Of a stretch of DNA of 64,000 nucleotides, positions 1 to 11,998 are shown piece after piece. The stretch is from Chrysomallon squamiferum (taxonomy: Eukaryota > Animalia > Mollusca): positions 25,482,001 through 25,546,000 of the forward strand of contig CM022672.1 of NCBI GenBank assembly GCA_012295275.1, in the 5' to 3' direction. The notes under the pieces are model-generated. The model made no database searches and had not been told where the DNA came from. It saw only the letters and a program-made list of their open reading frames with translations. Made by a program: the position numbers and the translations under genes. Each line of letters opens with the position of its first letter. Positions within the stretch are counted from its first letter, which is position 1.

Positions 1-163
1 GACGGACATAAATGTGGCAGATTCTTTTAAATGGATTCGTTTTGTTTGTTAAAAGCGAACGTGATTAGAAACAAACGTTTGTTCGTGCTGTTCTTTGTTA
101 GAAAAAAGTTAACATACTGAGAAAGAAAGCAAAGGAGAAAACAACTGTGCAACGTAAGAAGTT

Positions 164-217
<54 letters not shown>

Positions 218-531
218 GATACTCCTTCGAACGAATGCGTGACTTATATATGTATGTATGCATTAGGTATACTGACGCCAAACTAAGAACAACAATGACA
301 ATAATATAATAAGAGTAATAATAATAGTAAGAAGAAGAAGAAGAAGAAGAAGATCACCAACAACGATAACGACAGCAATAACAACAATAGTAATGGTATT
401 ATTGTAATAAAATCTGCTCATAAACGAAAATTTTTAAGTGAAAAGACGGAAAAACAAGGAGATCAAAACTCTGTCATTTTTCAACACGTGAAAAGACGTA
501 TGGGTCTCCTGAAATGAAATGAAAAAAATTA

Positions 532-728
532 ACGTGCTAATCAGAGCTAGCTGTTGTGAAGCACGTCTACGACGGGCACGCTTTCTCACAGGTCAGCGGG
601 CGTGTCCGTCGCAGAAAAGAGGTTTGGGTAAGGTAGGAGAATGGGTTCTCGTTACGATTACAGGACACAACGGAGTGTCCAGCATATCGGATCGTAACGA
701 GTCGGTAAAGGGTCTCCTGGCCTCTCTT
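532..728 (+). other. GC-rich island with three adjacent predicted hairpins (candidate structured RNA element, family unassigned)
   Basis: Complementary segments read directly: ACGTGCT 532-538/AGCACGT 560-566; CGACGGGCACGC 570-581/GCGTGTCCGTCG 600-611; nested AGAGG 618-622/CCTCT 721-725, AGGAGA 635-640/TCTCCT 713-718, CTCGTTACGAT 648-658/ATCGTAACGAG 691-701, GGACAC 663-668/GTGTCC 675-680. G-U pairs favour the + strand. Confidence 0.4.
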
Positions 729-1381
729 TCCCTTATATACTTAGGCGTATGCATTTCTATATCAAAAAGTCAGTGAAAGTGAAAAGTAAATATGTCGGTT
801 CAGCCAGTAGGAATAATGGTGAAATGCAGTTTAAAGATCAGTCTTAGTTCGCTTTGTGTGGTTGTCAAAAAAATGCAAGCTGCGTAACGACGTGTGCTCA
901 TGCGAGATATTTCAGTATCGAACAATTTATTTTTCTTTGTTATAGCTATCGAGATTAATCGATCCAAGTTATCGTGCATATTTCTGTCAACAGATATCTG
1001 TCAATATATATACATGGCAACAGACTGAGTTGACACCCGGTTGTTTGCCATTTACACGTCTGAGAATGGAATAACAGACGCGTCATTTAAAACTAGTTTG
1101 AAACTGCGACGGTTAAACATTCGGTTACCGGAATCAGAAGAAAGTGGAAGTCAAGATGGACGCTTTATTATATTTTCATAATTTGTAAGCAAAAATTTGA
1201 GGATCCCTAGAATCAGTCTTCTTACTCAAAGCGTTATCTAAGTCTCTTCCTCGCGAATTTTCAAAAACTGTTGTGTTCAGTTGTGTGTAAAGTTTAAGTA
1301 AAAACTTCTTTAACTTCTAAATTTACTTTTTCCTGTTTCATCAAATAAATAAACAAATAAACAAACAAGTAAATAAATACA

Positions 1382-1428
<47 letters not shown>

Positions 1429-1803
1429 GCTTATACATTATACACAAAACAAAGCTCACAGATGTGATTAAACAGATTAGAAGACAAGAATGGACCTGGT
1501 CAGTGAGCTTCAGTATCAAACAAGAAAACAGTGGACATCAAGTACGACCACTTGGAAACTATACGACGGGAAAGGATCTAGACATGTGAGTTCTTGTTTC
1601 TGATTGTATAGGAGTTAAGGAGCATGTGAAATGTATATACTTAAAGTAAACTAATTTATAACCGTATTGCTATGTGATTTTAATAATAAGAACATATTTT
1701 CGTTAAGTATATTTATCTTGTTATACATCTTCCTCTTAACAGTACATGTACTGAACAATCTTAGTTATTTGATCATGTTACATATGATATGATTTTTTAT
1801 TTT

Positions 1804-1863
<60 letters not shown>

Positions 1864-2846
1864 TATTTTTCTCCTTTTTTTTATTTTTAGTTTTTTTTTT
1901 TTTTTTTTTTTGTCTTTTTTTTTTATTTCTAAAAGTTTTTTCTGGTTACTTATTTTGACAATTTACATCAATTAGCAACACCATACAAACACAGGCACAG
2001 AACATTCAGAAATGCACACAGAAACACACAACACACACAGACACTCAACAAACAGTCACACAATCATGCAGCTAGATATATACACAAGAAATACGCTCAA
2101 ACACACAAACAAGCTTACAGACACACACAACGCTCTAACTATTTTTCTATTTTAATTCTCTCTCCTTCAGAATTTCCCTCTGTCTTTTTCTCTGTCTATC
2201 TGACATACCCTCTCCTTCTCATTCCATCTGTTTCTCTCTCCATGTCTCCCTTTTTTGTTACATAGATCATCATTCATCCCTCTGTTTCGTTTTGATTATA
2301 GACTGAGAAAGTTTCGTATAATTTCCGTCCGTGGAAGAAAATCCATGAGTTTTATTCTGTAAACTGTTCCATATTAAACTTTTCATCATTTTTTTTCTAT
2401 TTACTTTTCGTGTACTCTATTTTTTGTTCTTTTTTCTTATTTTATTCTCGTTTTAAAGTGTTTTGATCGAAATAACTTTTACCATGTTCTCGACTAATTA
2501 TCTTCTTCTTTTTTTTTTTTCTTTCTTTTCTGATAACGTTATTTTCTTTGGACATTTTGTTTTTCTATTGGCTTTTTCGTGTATTCATTTTTGGTTGTTC
2601 TTGCTGTTCTTATTGCTGTTGTTGCAGTTATTGTTACTGCTACCTGTACAGCTATTTTACTGCTAGTGTACTGCTGATTTACTGCTACTATACAGCTATT
2701 TTAGTGCTAGTGTACTGCTGATTTACTGCTACTGCTACTGTACTGCTGATGTGTACTGATAATGTACTGCCACTGTGCTTGATTTTGGTGGATTTTTTGT
2801 TGTTTTTGTTCTGCTTTGTATTTTTTATCATTTCAATATTTATTTA

Positions 2847-3551
2847 CAGTATACCCTCACCTATTCGCGGTTCCCCATTCGCGGCCCCGCATATTCGCGG
2901 GTTAGGCTCTTAACCCTATCGCATCGTATGCTGGTATACCAGGCTAGCGTCATAACGTCATAAAAACAAATGCTCGGTAAACCGCACAAACAATATCAAA
3001 TTTTTTCAATTATTATTGCAATACAGTATGTATTTTTTTATAAATGCATACACTGTATATACAGTGCATATTTTTTGTGACCGTGTATTAATAATGTTTT
3101 TAATTGCATATTATTACCTGAACTGTGCGTACTGTATTTATCTGTCTGTTTTGCCTTTAAATTTGTTCCACTTTCTGTCAATTCTAATACATATGTTGTA
3201 CGCATAGAAAATGACTTTACGGTGCAGTAATACTGTATGGGTAACTATGCTATGCGGTGTTACTGTCCTCATGTACTTACGTTTCTTTCTGATTAAAATA
3301 TTGTTTCAGTACAAAATTAAAATGTGTTTACATTATCATTACTACATTAGTGAAATACATAACTGCATGCAATATTACTACATTATTACTGTATTAATGA
3401 GTAAGAGTGTCTTTAGAAAGTGTTTGGGAAGCATTTAGTACCGTATATAATCTCATAATAGACGTTTTAAAACTGCATCCAATATTCGCGGTTTTTCGCT
3501 ATTCGCGGGGGGGTAAAGAACGTAACCCCCGCGAATAGCGAGGGAATACTG
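2847..3551. mobile_element. Non-autonomous Tc1/mariner-superfamily (pogo/Tigger-like) MITE, ~705 bp
   Basis: Left end CAGTATACCCTCACCTATTCGCGG; reverse complement of right end CAGTATTCCCTCGCTATTCGCGG. TA on both sides (2845-2846, 3552-3553). Subterminal ATTCGCGG repeats; no coding capacity. Confidence 0.85.
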
Positions 3552-5511
3552 TATACATTTTTGTTGTTGTTGTTGTATCTTTGTTCTTTTTCTTTTCTTT
3601 TTAATTAGACTCTAACAGTGTGTCAATGAACGATACAAGTTATTATTTTATTTTATTTTATTTTCATTTATTCATTTATTCATTTATTCAATTATTTTAT
3701 TTTTATTTATTTATTTTCATTTTATTTTATTTTTTTTTCATTTTTTGTTTATTTTGTATTTTTTTGATTTTCATATTTTTATTTATTTATTTTTTTTTTA
3801 TTTTATTTTATTTTATTTCATTTAATTTTTATGTTTTTCTTGGATTAGTTTCTATCAAGGTATTATTGCACGTTACAATTATTCATATTGATCATTATTT
3901 GATTTCAACAAAAATGACACCAGGTTCTAAATGTTTTTCAAGTTAATCATGCTGAATACAAAATTCCATTATTGATATTTTTTTTTTCAAATGATCATGT
4001 GACACATAAAATCGATCGACTGCTTAGAGCCTTTGCTTTAAATCTCTGAACGATTTAGAACTGTTAAACTCAGTTTCAGTAGATAGAAATTTTACCAGCT
4101 GTTTTTTCTATGCTTTAAAGTGTCTACTCTGCTGTGTTTGAATTTGTATCTTTTTTTTGTCTACTACAGACTAAAAGTACACATACTATGGTCTACATTT
4201 TCCACACTAAAAAACTCTACATACGTACTGCACACACTACAGTCTTACACCGATACATACACATACAGTTCAGGGATTTTGAATTTTTCTTGTTAAAATA
4301 TAATTACAACCACTGGGATTTCTTACAAAGATTCATTATGGAGGTACATCATGTTGAATAGAAACATTTGTTGTCCATTGGTGATATGTTTTAGTAGATG
4401 TTGTTGGGAAAAAAGGAATGACATATAAATATATATATATTTATCTGACAGAAATAATCAGAGTTATTTTAGAACAGAGAGAAAAGATAGAGAAAGAGAA
4501 AGAGAGAGAGAGAGAGAGGAGAGAGATCGAGAGAGAAAATAAAAGAGAGTTTAGAGATATCGACAGTTTACAGAATAAGATCATTTGTTTTTGTTCTTTG
4601 ATTTCAAAGGATCTATGTTACTGGCACTATATATATATTTTATTTTTTTTTTATTTATTTTATTAATTTTTTTAGTTATTTCATTTGTTTGTTTGTTTGT
4701 TTGTTTATTAATTTATTTATTTTAATTTTGTAATTACTAAGATTTAAAAAGATTTGCCAAAAAAAAAAACGTTATAAATAAAAACAACAATTTTTTTTTT
4801 TTTTCTGTTTCTTTTTTTTTTTTTTTTTTTTTTTGATTAACAGACCAGCATTAACAAATAAAATCATAATTCGATATTTACTGATGGTTTCACAGCTGGT
4901 TTGAATTCAATAATAATGAGCTGTAATAAAATAGATGCACCATCTGTTTAGGTGTTCAAACTGGCAAAAATCTACCTTTCGTGGACTGTTAACTTAACAG
5001 TATGACGTAAGTGGTAATAAAACAGTTAAAAAGTTTATGTATACTGCTAAATTATACATTAATTTCTACCGGGTTAAAGTTATTTTCAGAATCACATAAT
5101 AACTATATTATCACACATTTGTGTTCCGTACTGATCCTACGAATTGTATTTCTTGCTTTGTTTTCAGATACCATTCACACGTTTACCAAACAAGAAACAA
5201 AAGTCTCGTCTGTGCAACTTTTGGATTAGAAAAGGGAGTGGCTACCTTTCATCTGACTATTGCAATTGAATTCTTAATTGGTAAAACTTCATAAGACATA
5301 TAACAGACGAACGAAACGGTGAACTTAAAAAAAAAGAATTAAAAATTAAATCAAACAAACAAACCAATTCAATTTTTGAAAAAAAAAGAAGAAATTATTG
5401 CTGATAAATATGTTGTTTTAATCAATTGGAATGTTCCTTGTACATCTGTCTGGTAGATGACGTACTTAATAACTGTGATAAACTGAAGAGATTATAATAT
5501 TTGCTACCGAG

Positions 5512-6444
5512 ATGGCCAACAACAAGTTAATAACGTTTGCAGTTTTGGTAGGCGTAGTTATTCTTGCGTACCTCACTTTCTTAAAACTGAACGACATTCG
5601 TGGTTTAATCGAGACACCTAAAGACAGAAACAAGTCTTTCAAGAACGACAACTGCAACAGTAAAACAAAGAACTACACGAACTATACGAAGATCGACACT
5701 GCGTGGTACATACCTCATAAGAACGAAATGATAAAAGACGCTGATCTGAGACGTTTTTTACCTTTAATGTCTATGAATGACCAGGTCTTGACGCTCAAAA
5801 CATTCGATGATTTCAGGGAAGCATGCAAGAAAGGAAACCTGACCTATGTCCTGTGGGCTGGCACTCTACTAGGAGCTTACAGACACCATGGACTTATTCC
5901 TTGGGACGATGATTTCGATGTCATGGTAATCGAATCGAATCTGGATAAAATAAAAAAGGTACTTTCAAATGTTCCAGGATACGAGTTATATTCTCCACAT
6001 AATCATCTGTGGAAATTTTACATTAAGTCTCTGCCGAAAGTTACAGGTTATCCTTTCAAGTATCCTTTCATTGATATTTTTTATTTTAATGAAGATAAGA
6101 AAAACGTATATGGAGCCTTTTCAGGCATAAAGAGATATGTGTATAAAAAGGAAGACATTTATCCTATTCAGTTACGACGGTTTGAAAAGCGCGATGTTGA
6201 GATGCCTTGCAATATTGGGAAAATGAACCAAATCTACTCGAACAGCAAATGCAAGTCTACGGGATATTTGCACAAAGAAAGCCAAGTCATAAAAACGTCG
6301 ACTATACCTTGCAAGAGGCTGTATAACATTTATCCTTTTGTATTTAGACAAGACGATTCGTCCCGCCCTGGATATATTTTAGAAACATTAAAACGAGGGG
6401 ATGAAGTGCTAGACATTGTTTCCTACCCCAAAAAGTGTTCTTAA
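5512..6444 (+). CDS. LicD/fukutin-related nucleotidyltransferase-fold phosphotransferase, copy A (310 aa, predicted type II membrane protein)
   Basis: Intact uninterrupted ORF with LicD signature GTLLGAYRHHGLIPWDDDFDV and downstream PFIDIF. N-terminal hydrophobic anchor LITFAVLVGVVILAYLTFL after a short tail; NxT/S sequons in the stem. Confidence 0.92.
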   Translation: MANNKLITFAVLVGVVILAYLTFLKLNDIRGLIETPKDRNKSFKNDNCNSKTKNYTNYTKIDTAWYIPHKNEMIKDADLRRFLPLMSMNDQVLTLKTFDDFREACKKGNLTYVLWAGTLLGAYRHHGLIPWDDDFDVMVIESNLDKIKKVLSNVPGYELYSPHNHLWKFYIKSLPKVTGYPFKYPFIDIFYFNEDKKNVYGAFSGIKRYVYKKEDIYPIQLRRFEKRDVEMPCNIGKMNQIYSNSKCKSTGYLHKESQVIKTSTIPCKRLYNIYPFVFRQDDSSRPGYILETLKRGDEVLDIVSYPKKCS

Positions 6445-6481
6445 TGAACACGCGGTCAAAAACTTAATTATACTTTCTGTA

Positions 6482-6527
<46 letters not shown>

Positions 6528-6920
6528 TTACGTTTAGGCTATAGCATACTTTGCTAATCGGTACTTTATTAACCATCGGCTTTGTGTAATATCATTTTGT
6601 TAATGTTTAGGTTTCTGGTTTTGTTACTGTTTTATTTTTGTTATTATTATTATATACATATATATATATTTTATTATTATTATTATATACATATAATAAT
6701 ATTTTTATTATTATTATACATATATATATATATATATTTATTTTTTTTTTTTTTTTTTTTTTGCTTACATCCTGCGTGTTTTATGCAAATATTTGTATTA
6801 TTAATAAATATGTGGAAATATTTGGCCTCCTACCCCTTGAGTTATACGCCCTTGCTTTCTTCAGCATCTTCTTTGTTAACGATCTAAAAAATGCATAAAT
6901 CCATGATATCGGTTTTTAAT

Positions 6921-7097
6921 TTGCACAAAGAAAACCAAGTCACAAAAACGTCGACTATACCTTGCAAGAGGCTGTATAACATTTATCCTTTTGTATTTAG
7001 ACAAGACGATTCGTCACGCCCTGGATATATTTTAGAAACATTAAAACGAGGGGATTTAATGCTAGACACTGTTTCCTACCCCAAAAAGTGTTCTTAA
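6921..7097 (+). pseudogene. 3' fragment of a LicD gene (last 58 codons); duplicated 3' flank continues to ~7450
   Basis: LHKENQVTKTSTIPCKRLYNIYPFVFRQDDSSRPGYILETLKRGDLMLDTVSYPKKCS* is nearly identical to the end of copy A (~6268-6444). Lacks the catalytic motif and anchor. Confidence 0.88.
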
Positions 7098-7139
7098 TGA
7101 ACACGCGGTCAAAAAACTTAATTATACTTGCTGTAATAG

Positions 7140-7217
<78 letters not shown>

Positions 7218-7450
7218 TTTTACGTATAGGCTATAGCATACTTTGCTAATCGGTACTTTATTAACCATCGGCTTTGTGTAATATCATTTTGTTAATGTTT
7301 AGGTTTCTGGTTTTGTTACTGTTTTTAATTTAGTATTATTATTATATTTGTTTGTTTGTTTTGGGGCGGTTTGCTTATATTCTGCGTGTTATATGCAAAT
7401 ATTTGTATTATTAATAAAGATGTGGAAATATTTGTATGGTTTTCTTGCAA

Positions 7451-7495
<45 letters not shown>

Positions 7496-8249
7496 GTAAA
7501 AAATTGACATCTTTGTATGGATGATAATAAAAATAAGTAAACGAACAAAATAATGCAAACTGCATCTTCCAAGGTAAATTATGAACTTGAGATATAGACA
7601 TTTTACCGATATCTATCATATAGGAGATAAAAACAGTCTGAAGACCGTTTCTAAAGATGGTCGCCAAAAGGACACAATGCTACTAGACCCCTTCATACAC
7701 ACCCTCATACACACCCCGTCATACACACCCCGTCATACATATAGATATATAGACATACACATGCATACATACAAAACGAACACACACAAACATATATGTA
7801 TATATATACACATATATACATACGTCAGAAGTGAATACACTCTTAGAATTTCGACATGATTAGTGTAAACGTTTGATTCTGAGAAAACAAGATTAAAACA
7901 TTAAAATGAGACGAGTCAGTTACTTTATAACAGTTAATCACTTACTTAATTTCTCTGTGTTGTACGTTCTAATACACGATTACAAGAAAGAAACGATTGT
8001 GAAGTGACACACATCAATTTAGAAAGTTAGTATTAAATTAAATTAATTATCGACTTTGTCACTCAGATAGTAAAAGTGTCACATTAGAAGTTCACAAAAT
8101 CTGAGTATTATATTTCCAGTAATAATTTTGGAATTTGAAAGGAAGCACGAGATAAATAGAAAAAGTTTACATAATCTTGGTTTATTGTTTAAGCTATGCA
8201 AGCATGAAGCAATTAAAAGAATAATGTAGGACAGTATTTGTATGTATAA

Positions 8250-9321
8250 AAGAAAATAATGATATCAGAGAGGATAAAGATTAAAAGGAATGGATATTTT
8301 TATAAAAACTGTTGAGAGTGAGATTAATGTGCATACAGCACAGTAACTGAAACATCAGATCAAGAAATGGTTAACTGCAGAGTGTTCGCTCCAAGAAGAA
8401 TGTATCCTGCATTTCACGAGGATGGAAGACAAAGAAAAGAATAACTAAAATGTAGTTTGTTGTTTTTCCTTATCTTATAAAATTGCTTTAACAGCTGGCA
8501 TAAGAATACTAATAGAAACTGTAACTGGGAGGTTTTAATACGTAAACATATGATGCGATGGTCGATAACCTTGAATTACAAAGGAGTAAGTAGGATAACA
8601 CAGTATGTTTCCGGTCCCCCGTAAATCGACAAAATTAAAATCATAATTTGGCTTTAACAGCCATTGCTTCAAATATATAAATGTTTTAATTTTTTATTAG
8701 TACACATATTTTTCTTGTGTTCATAATAAAATAAGAATAAAAATTAATGGTTTATTTTCTATGAGAATTGTTCAGCAAAGGGAGATAACTTCGTCATGTT
8801 ACAGTCAAGACATCAGCTCTTAATGAATTCTGTCAAACAGTATTATCAATAATTTTACCAGTCAAATGGAAAATTTTCCGGTTAATTTTGCACAGCAAAT
8901 TATATAACGTAATCCTATAATGTGGAAAAGGTTATACTTACAGATTTACATCGTCAGATGTTGTTGAAAAGTTGAAAATTGTCCTCAGAAGTAAAGAAAA
9001 TAATGATATCAAAGAGGATAAAGATTAAAAGGAATGGATATTTTTATAAAAACTGTTGAGAGTGAGATTAATGTGCATACAACACAGTAACTGAAACATC
9101 AGTTCAAGAAATGGTTAACTACAGAGTGTTCGCTCCAAGAAGAATGTATCCTGCATTTCACGAGGATGGAAGACAAAGAAAAGAATAACTAAAATGTAGT
9201 TTGTTGTTTTTCCTTATTTTATACAATTGCTTTAACAGCTGGCATAAGAATACTAATAGAAACTGTAACTGGGAAGTTTTAATACGTAAACATATGATGC
9301 GATGATCGATAACCTTGAATT
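8250..9321. repeat. Direct repeat of ~330 bp (8250-8578 and 8995-9321)
   Basis: Both copies run from AGAAAATAATGATATCA to GATAACCTTGAATT with few substitutions. Confidence 0.85.
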
Positions 9322-9422
9322 GAAAATACAATTCTGGATGGTGTTTTATTTTACTTCATTTATTTATGAATATTTATCATGTATTGCAGTTATTGACATT
9401 CTTCGAGGTAAATTACATGAAC

Positions 9423-9533
<111 letters not shown>

Positions 9534-9639
9534 TTGGAAGACTGCGACTGTGCATTAAAAAACAATTTAAAAAAATAAAATGTAAAATAAAGTATAATGA
9601 ATAAAATAAAATATAAAATGCAACATAAAACAATGTTGT

Positions 9640-10530
9640 CAATGCTGAAGATAAAATGATTGTAAAAGGTGAGTAGGCGTATAATAACATAATACTAAAA
9701 TGATATACTTGTTATATTTGAGTGTAATGCCATTAAAAACCGTTATCATGGATTTATGCATTTTTTAGATCGTTAACAAAGAAGATGCTGAAGAAAGCAA
9801 GGGCGTATAACTCAAGGGGTAGGAGGTCAAATATTTCCATATCTTTATTAATAATGCAAATATTTGCATAAAACACGCAGGATAAAAGACTGTCTCTGTG
9901 CACTAAAAAAAAAAGTAATAAAAAAATATAATAAAATGAAATAAATTAAAATAAATAAAATATAATAATATCTAGCGAAAAGTAATAAATTAGAATAAAA
10001 TAAAACATAATAAAATACAACATAAAATAAAATATAAAATGAAATAAAATAAAATAAAATAAAAATACAACATAAAATACAACATAAAATAAAATATAAT
10101 AAAATATAAAATAAATTTAAAAAAAATAAAATAAAATAAAACAAAATAAAACAAAACAAAACAAAGTAAAGTAAAAAAAAAAAAAAAATAAATTAAAATA
10201 TAAAGTAAAGTGAAGTAATGTAAAATGAATAAAGTAAAGTAAAATAAAATATAAAATAAAGTAAAATGAATAAAATACAATTAAAAATGCTATATAATAT
10301 AATATAATATAATATAATATAATATAATATAATATAATATGACGGTGTTGTCGATGATGAAGTTAATATGATTATAAAAGGTGTATAATAACATAATACT
10401 GAAATGATATACTTGATATATTTGATTGTAATGCCATTAAAAACCAATATCGTAGATTTATGCATTTTTCAGATCGTTAACAAACAAGATGCTGAAGAAA
10501 GCAAGGGCGTCGTACAACTGAAGGGGCAGG
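9640..10530 (-). repeat. Two inverted copies of LicD 3'-flank sequence (~9640-9890 and ~10340-10530)
   Basis: AGATCGTTAACAAA-AAGATGCTGAAGAAAGCAAGGGCGT occurs in both and is the reverse complement of ~6845-6885; ~9735-9883 mirrors ~6768-6920. Confidence 0.8.
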
Positions 10531-10821
10531 TCGGGGGGGGGCAGCGGATAAAACAGTGCGGAACTTCTGGGCTGGGTCAGAAGAAAATAATGTTTATTTT
10601 AAGTTACATGTTGTATGATTTGTGACAGCATCTGAAAAAAAAAAAGAAAAAAAAAAAGATTATCAGAACCAAAAACTTGTGCAAGAAAACCATACAAAAT
10701 GTTCAGATCTCCAAATATTTCCACACCTTTATTAATAATACAAATATCTGCATAAAACCGGCAGAATGTAAGCCAAAAGAATAAAAATAAAAATAAATAA
10801 AAATATTTAAAATGACAAAAA

Positions 10822-10880
<59 letters not shown>

Positions 10881-11071
10881 CAAAACAACAACAACAGCAA
10901 CAACAAATAAAACAATAACAAAATCAGAAACCTAAACATTAAACAAAATATTACACAAAGCCGACTTTTAAGAAAGTACCGATTAGCAAAATATGCTATA
11001 GCCTATAGTTAAAAGATTGTTATTATTATTATATTACAGCAAGTATAATTAAGTTTTTGACCGCGTGTTCA

Positions 11072-11998
11072 TTAAGAACACTTTTTGGGGTAGGAAACAA
11101 TGTCTAGCACTTCATCCCCTCGTTTTAATGTTTCTAAAATATATCCAGGGCGGGACGAATCGTCTTGTCTAAATACAAAAGGATAAATGTTATACAGCCT
11201 CTTGCAAGGTATAGTCGACGTTTTTATGACTTGGTTTTCTTTGTGCAAATATTCCGTAGACTTGCATTTGCTGTTCGAGTAGATTTGGTTCATTTTCCCA
11301 ATATTGCAAGGCATCTCAACATCGCGCTTTTCAAACCGTCGTAACTGAATAGGATAAATGTCTTCCTTTTTATACACATATCCCTTTATGCTCGGAAAGG
11401 CACCATATACGTTTTTCTTGTCTTCATTAAAATAAAAAATATCAATGAAAGGATACTTGAAAGGATAACCTGTAACTTTCGGCAGAGACTTAATGTAAAA
11501 TTTCCACTGATAATTATCTGGAGGATATAACTCGTATCCTGGAACATTTGAAAGTACCTTTTTCATTTTATCCAGATTCGATTCGATTACCATGACATCC
11601 AAATCATCGTCCCAAGGAATAAGTCCATGGTGTCTGTAAGCTCCTAGTAGAGTGCCTCCCCGCAGGACATAGGTCAGGTTTCCTTTCTTGCATGCTTCCC
11701 TGAAGGCGTCAAATGTTTTGAGCATCAAGACCTGGTCATTCATAGACATTAAAGGTAAAAAACGTCTCAGATCAGCGTCTTTTATCATTTCGTTCTTATG
11801 AGGTATGTACCACGCAGTGTCGATCTTCGTACAGTTCGTGTAGTTCTTTGTTTTACTGCTGCAGTTGTCGTTCTTGAAAGACTTGTCTCTGACTATACCG
11901 ATTATGCTGTGATTGGTGCTCAATTTTAAGCCACTCAGGTACACAAGAATAATTACGCCTGTCAAAACTGCAAACTTTATTAACTTGTTGATGCCCAT
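11072..11998 (-). CDS. LicD/fukutin-related phosphotransferase, copy B (308 aa from the first ATG)
   Basis: Intact ORF with GTLLGAYRHHGLIPWDDDLDV and anchor LIKFAVLTGVIILVYLSGL. Near-identical to copy A after KSFKN. The track start at 12001 is GTG; the ATG is at 11998. Confidence 0.92.
   Translation of the reverse strand: MGINKLIKFAVLTGVIILVYLSGLKLSTNHSIIGIVRDKSFKNDNCSSKTKNYTNCTKIDTAWYIPHKNEMIKDADLRRFLPLMSMNDQVLMLKTFDAFREACKKGNLTYVLRGGTLLGAYRHHGLIPWDDDLDVMVIESNLDKMKKVLSNVPGYELYPPDNYQWKFYIKSLPKVTGYPFKYPFIDIFYFNEDKKNVYGAFPSIKGYVYKKEDIYPIQLRRFEKRDVEMPCNIGKMNQIYSNSKCKSTEYLHKENQVIKTSTIPCKRLYNIYPFVFRQDDSSRPGYILETLKRGDEVLDIVSYPKKCS

Larger units (their letters stand above)
2650..6830 (+). repeat. 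Left arm of large inverted segmental duplication
   Basis: Blocks are reverse complements of the right arm: ~2780 with ~14810, 3840-4130 with 14450-14730, 4850-5260 with 12155-12570, 5410-6610 with 10920-12110. Confidence 0.9.

Noticed and set aside
519-776. 85-aa ORF over the hairpin island
   Set aside because: No recognisable motif; its openness is explained by locally higher GC.
5011-5229. 72-aa ORF conserved with 12180-12398
   Set aside because: GTG start and no motif; conservation follows from the inverted duplication.
6891-7097. 68-aa ORF as a third functional LicD gene
   Set aside because: The first ~10 codons come from flank sequence; anchor and catalytic motif are absent.
8100-8580. 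Possible decayed LINE reverse-transcriptase C-terminus on the minus strand
   Set aside because: Only a faint NKPRLCKL-like resemblance with many stops; not supportable without a search.
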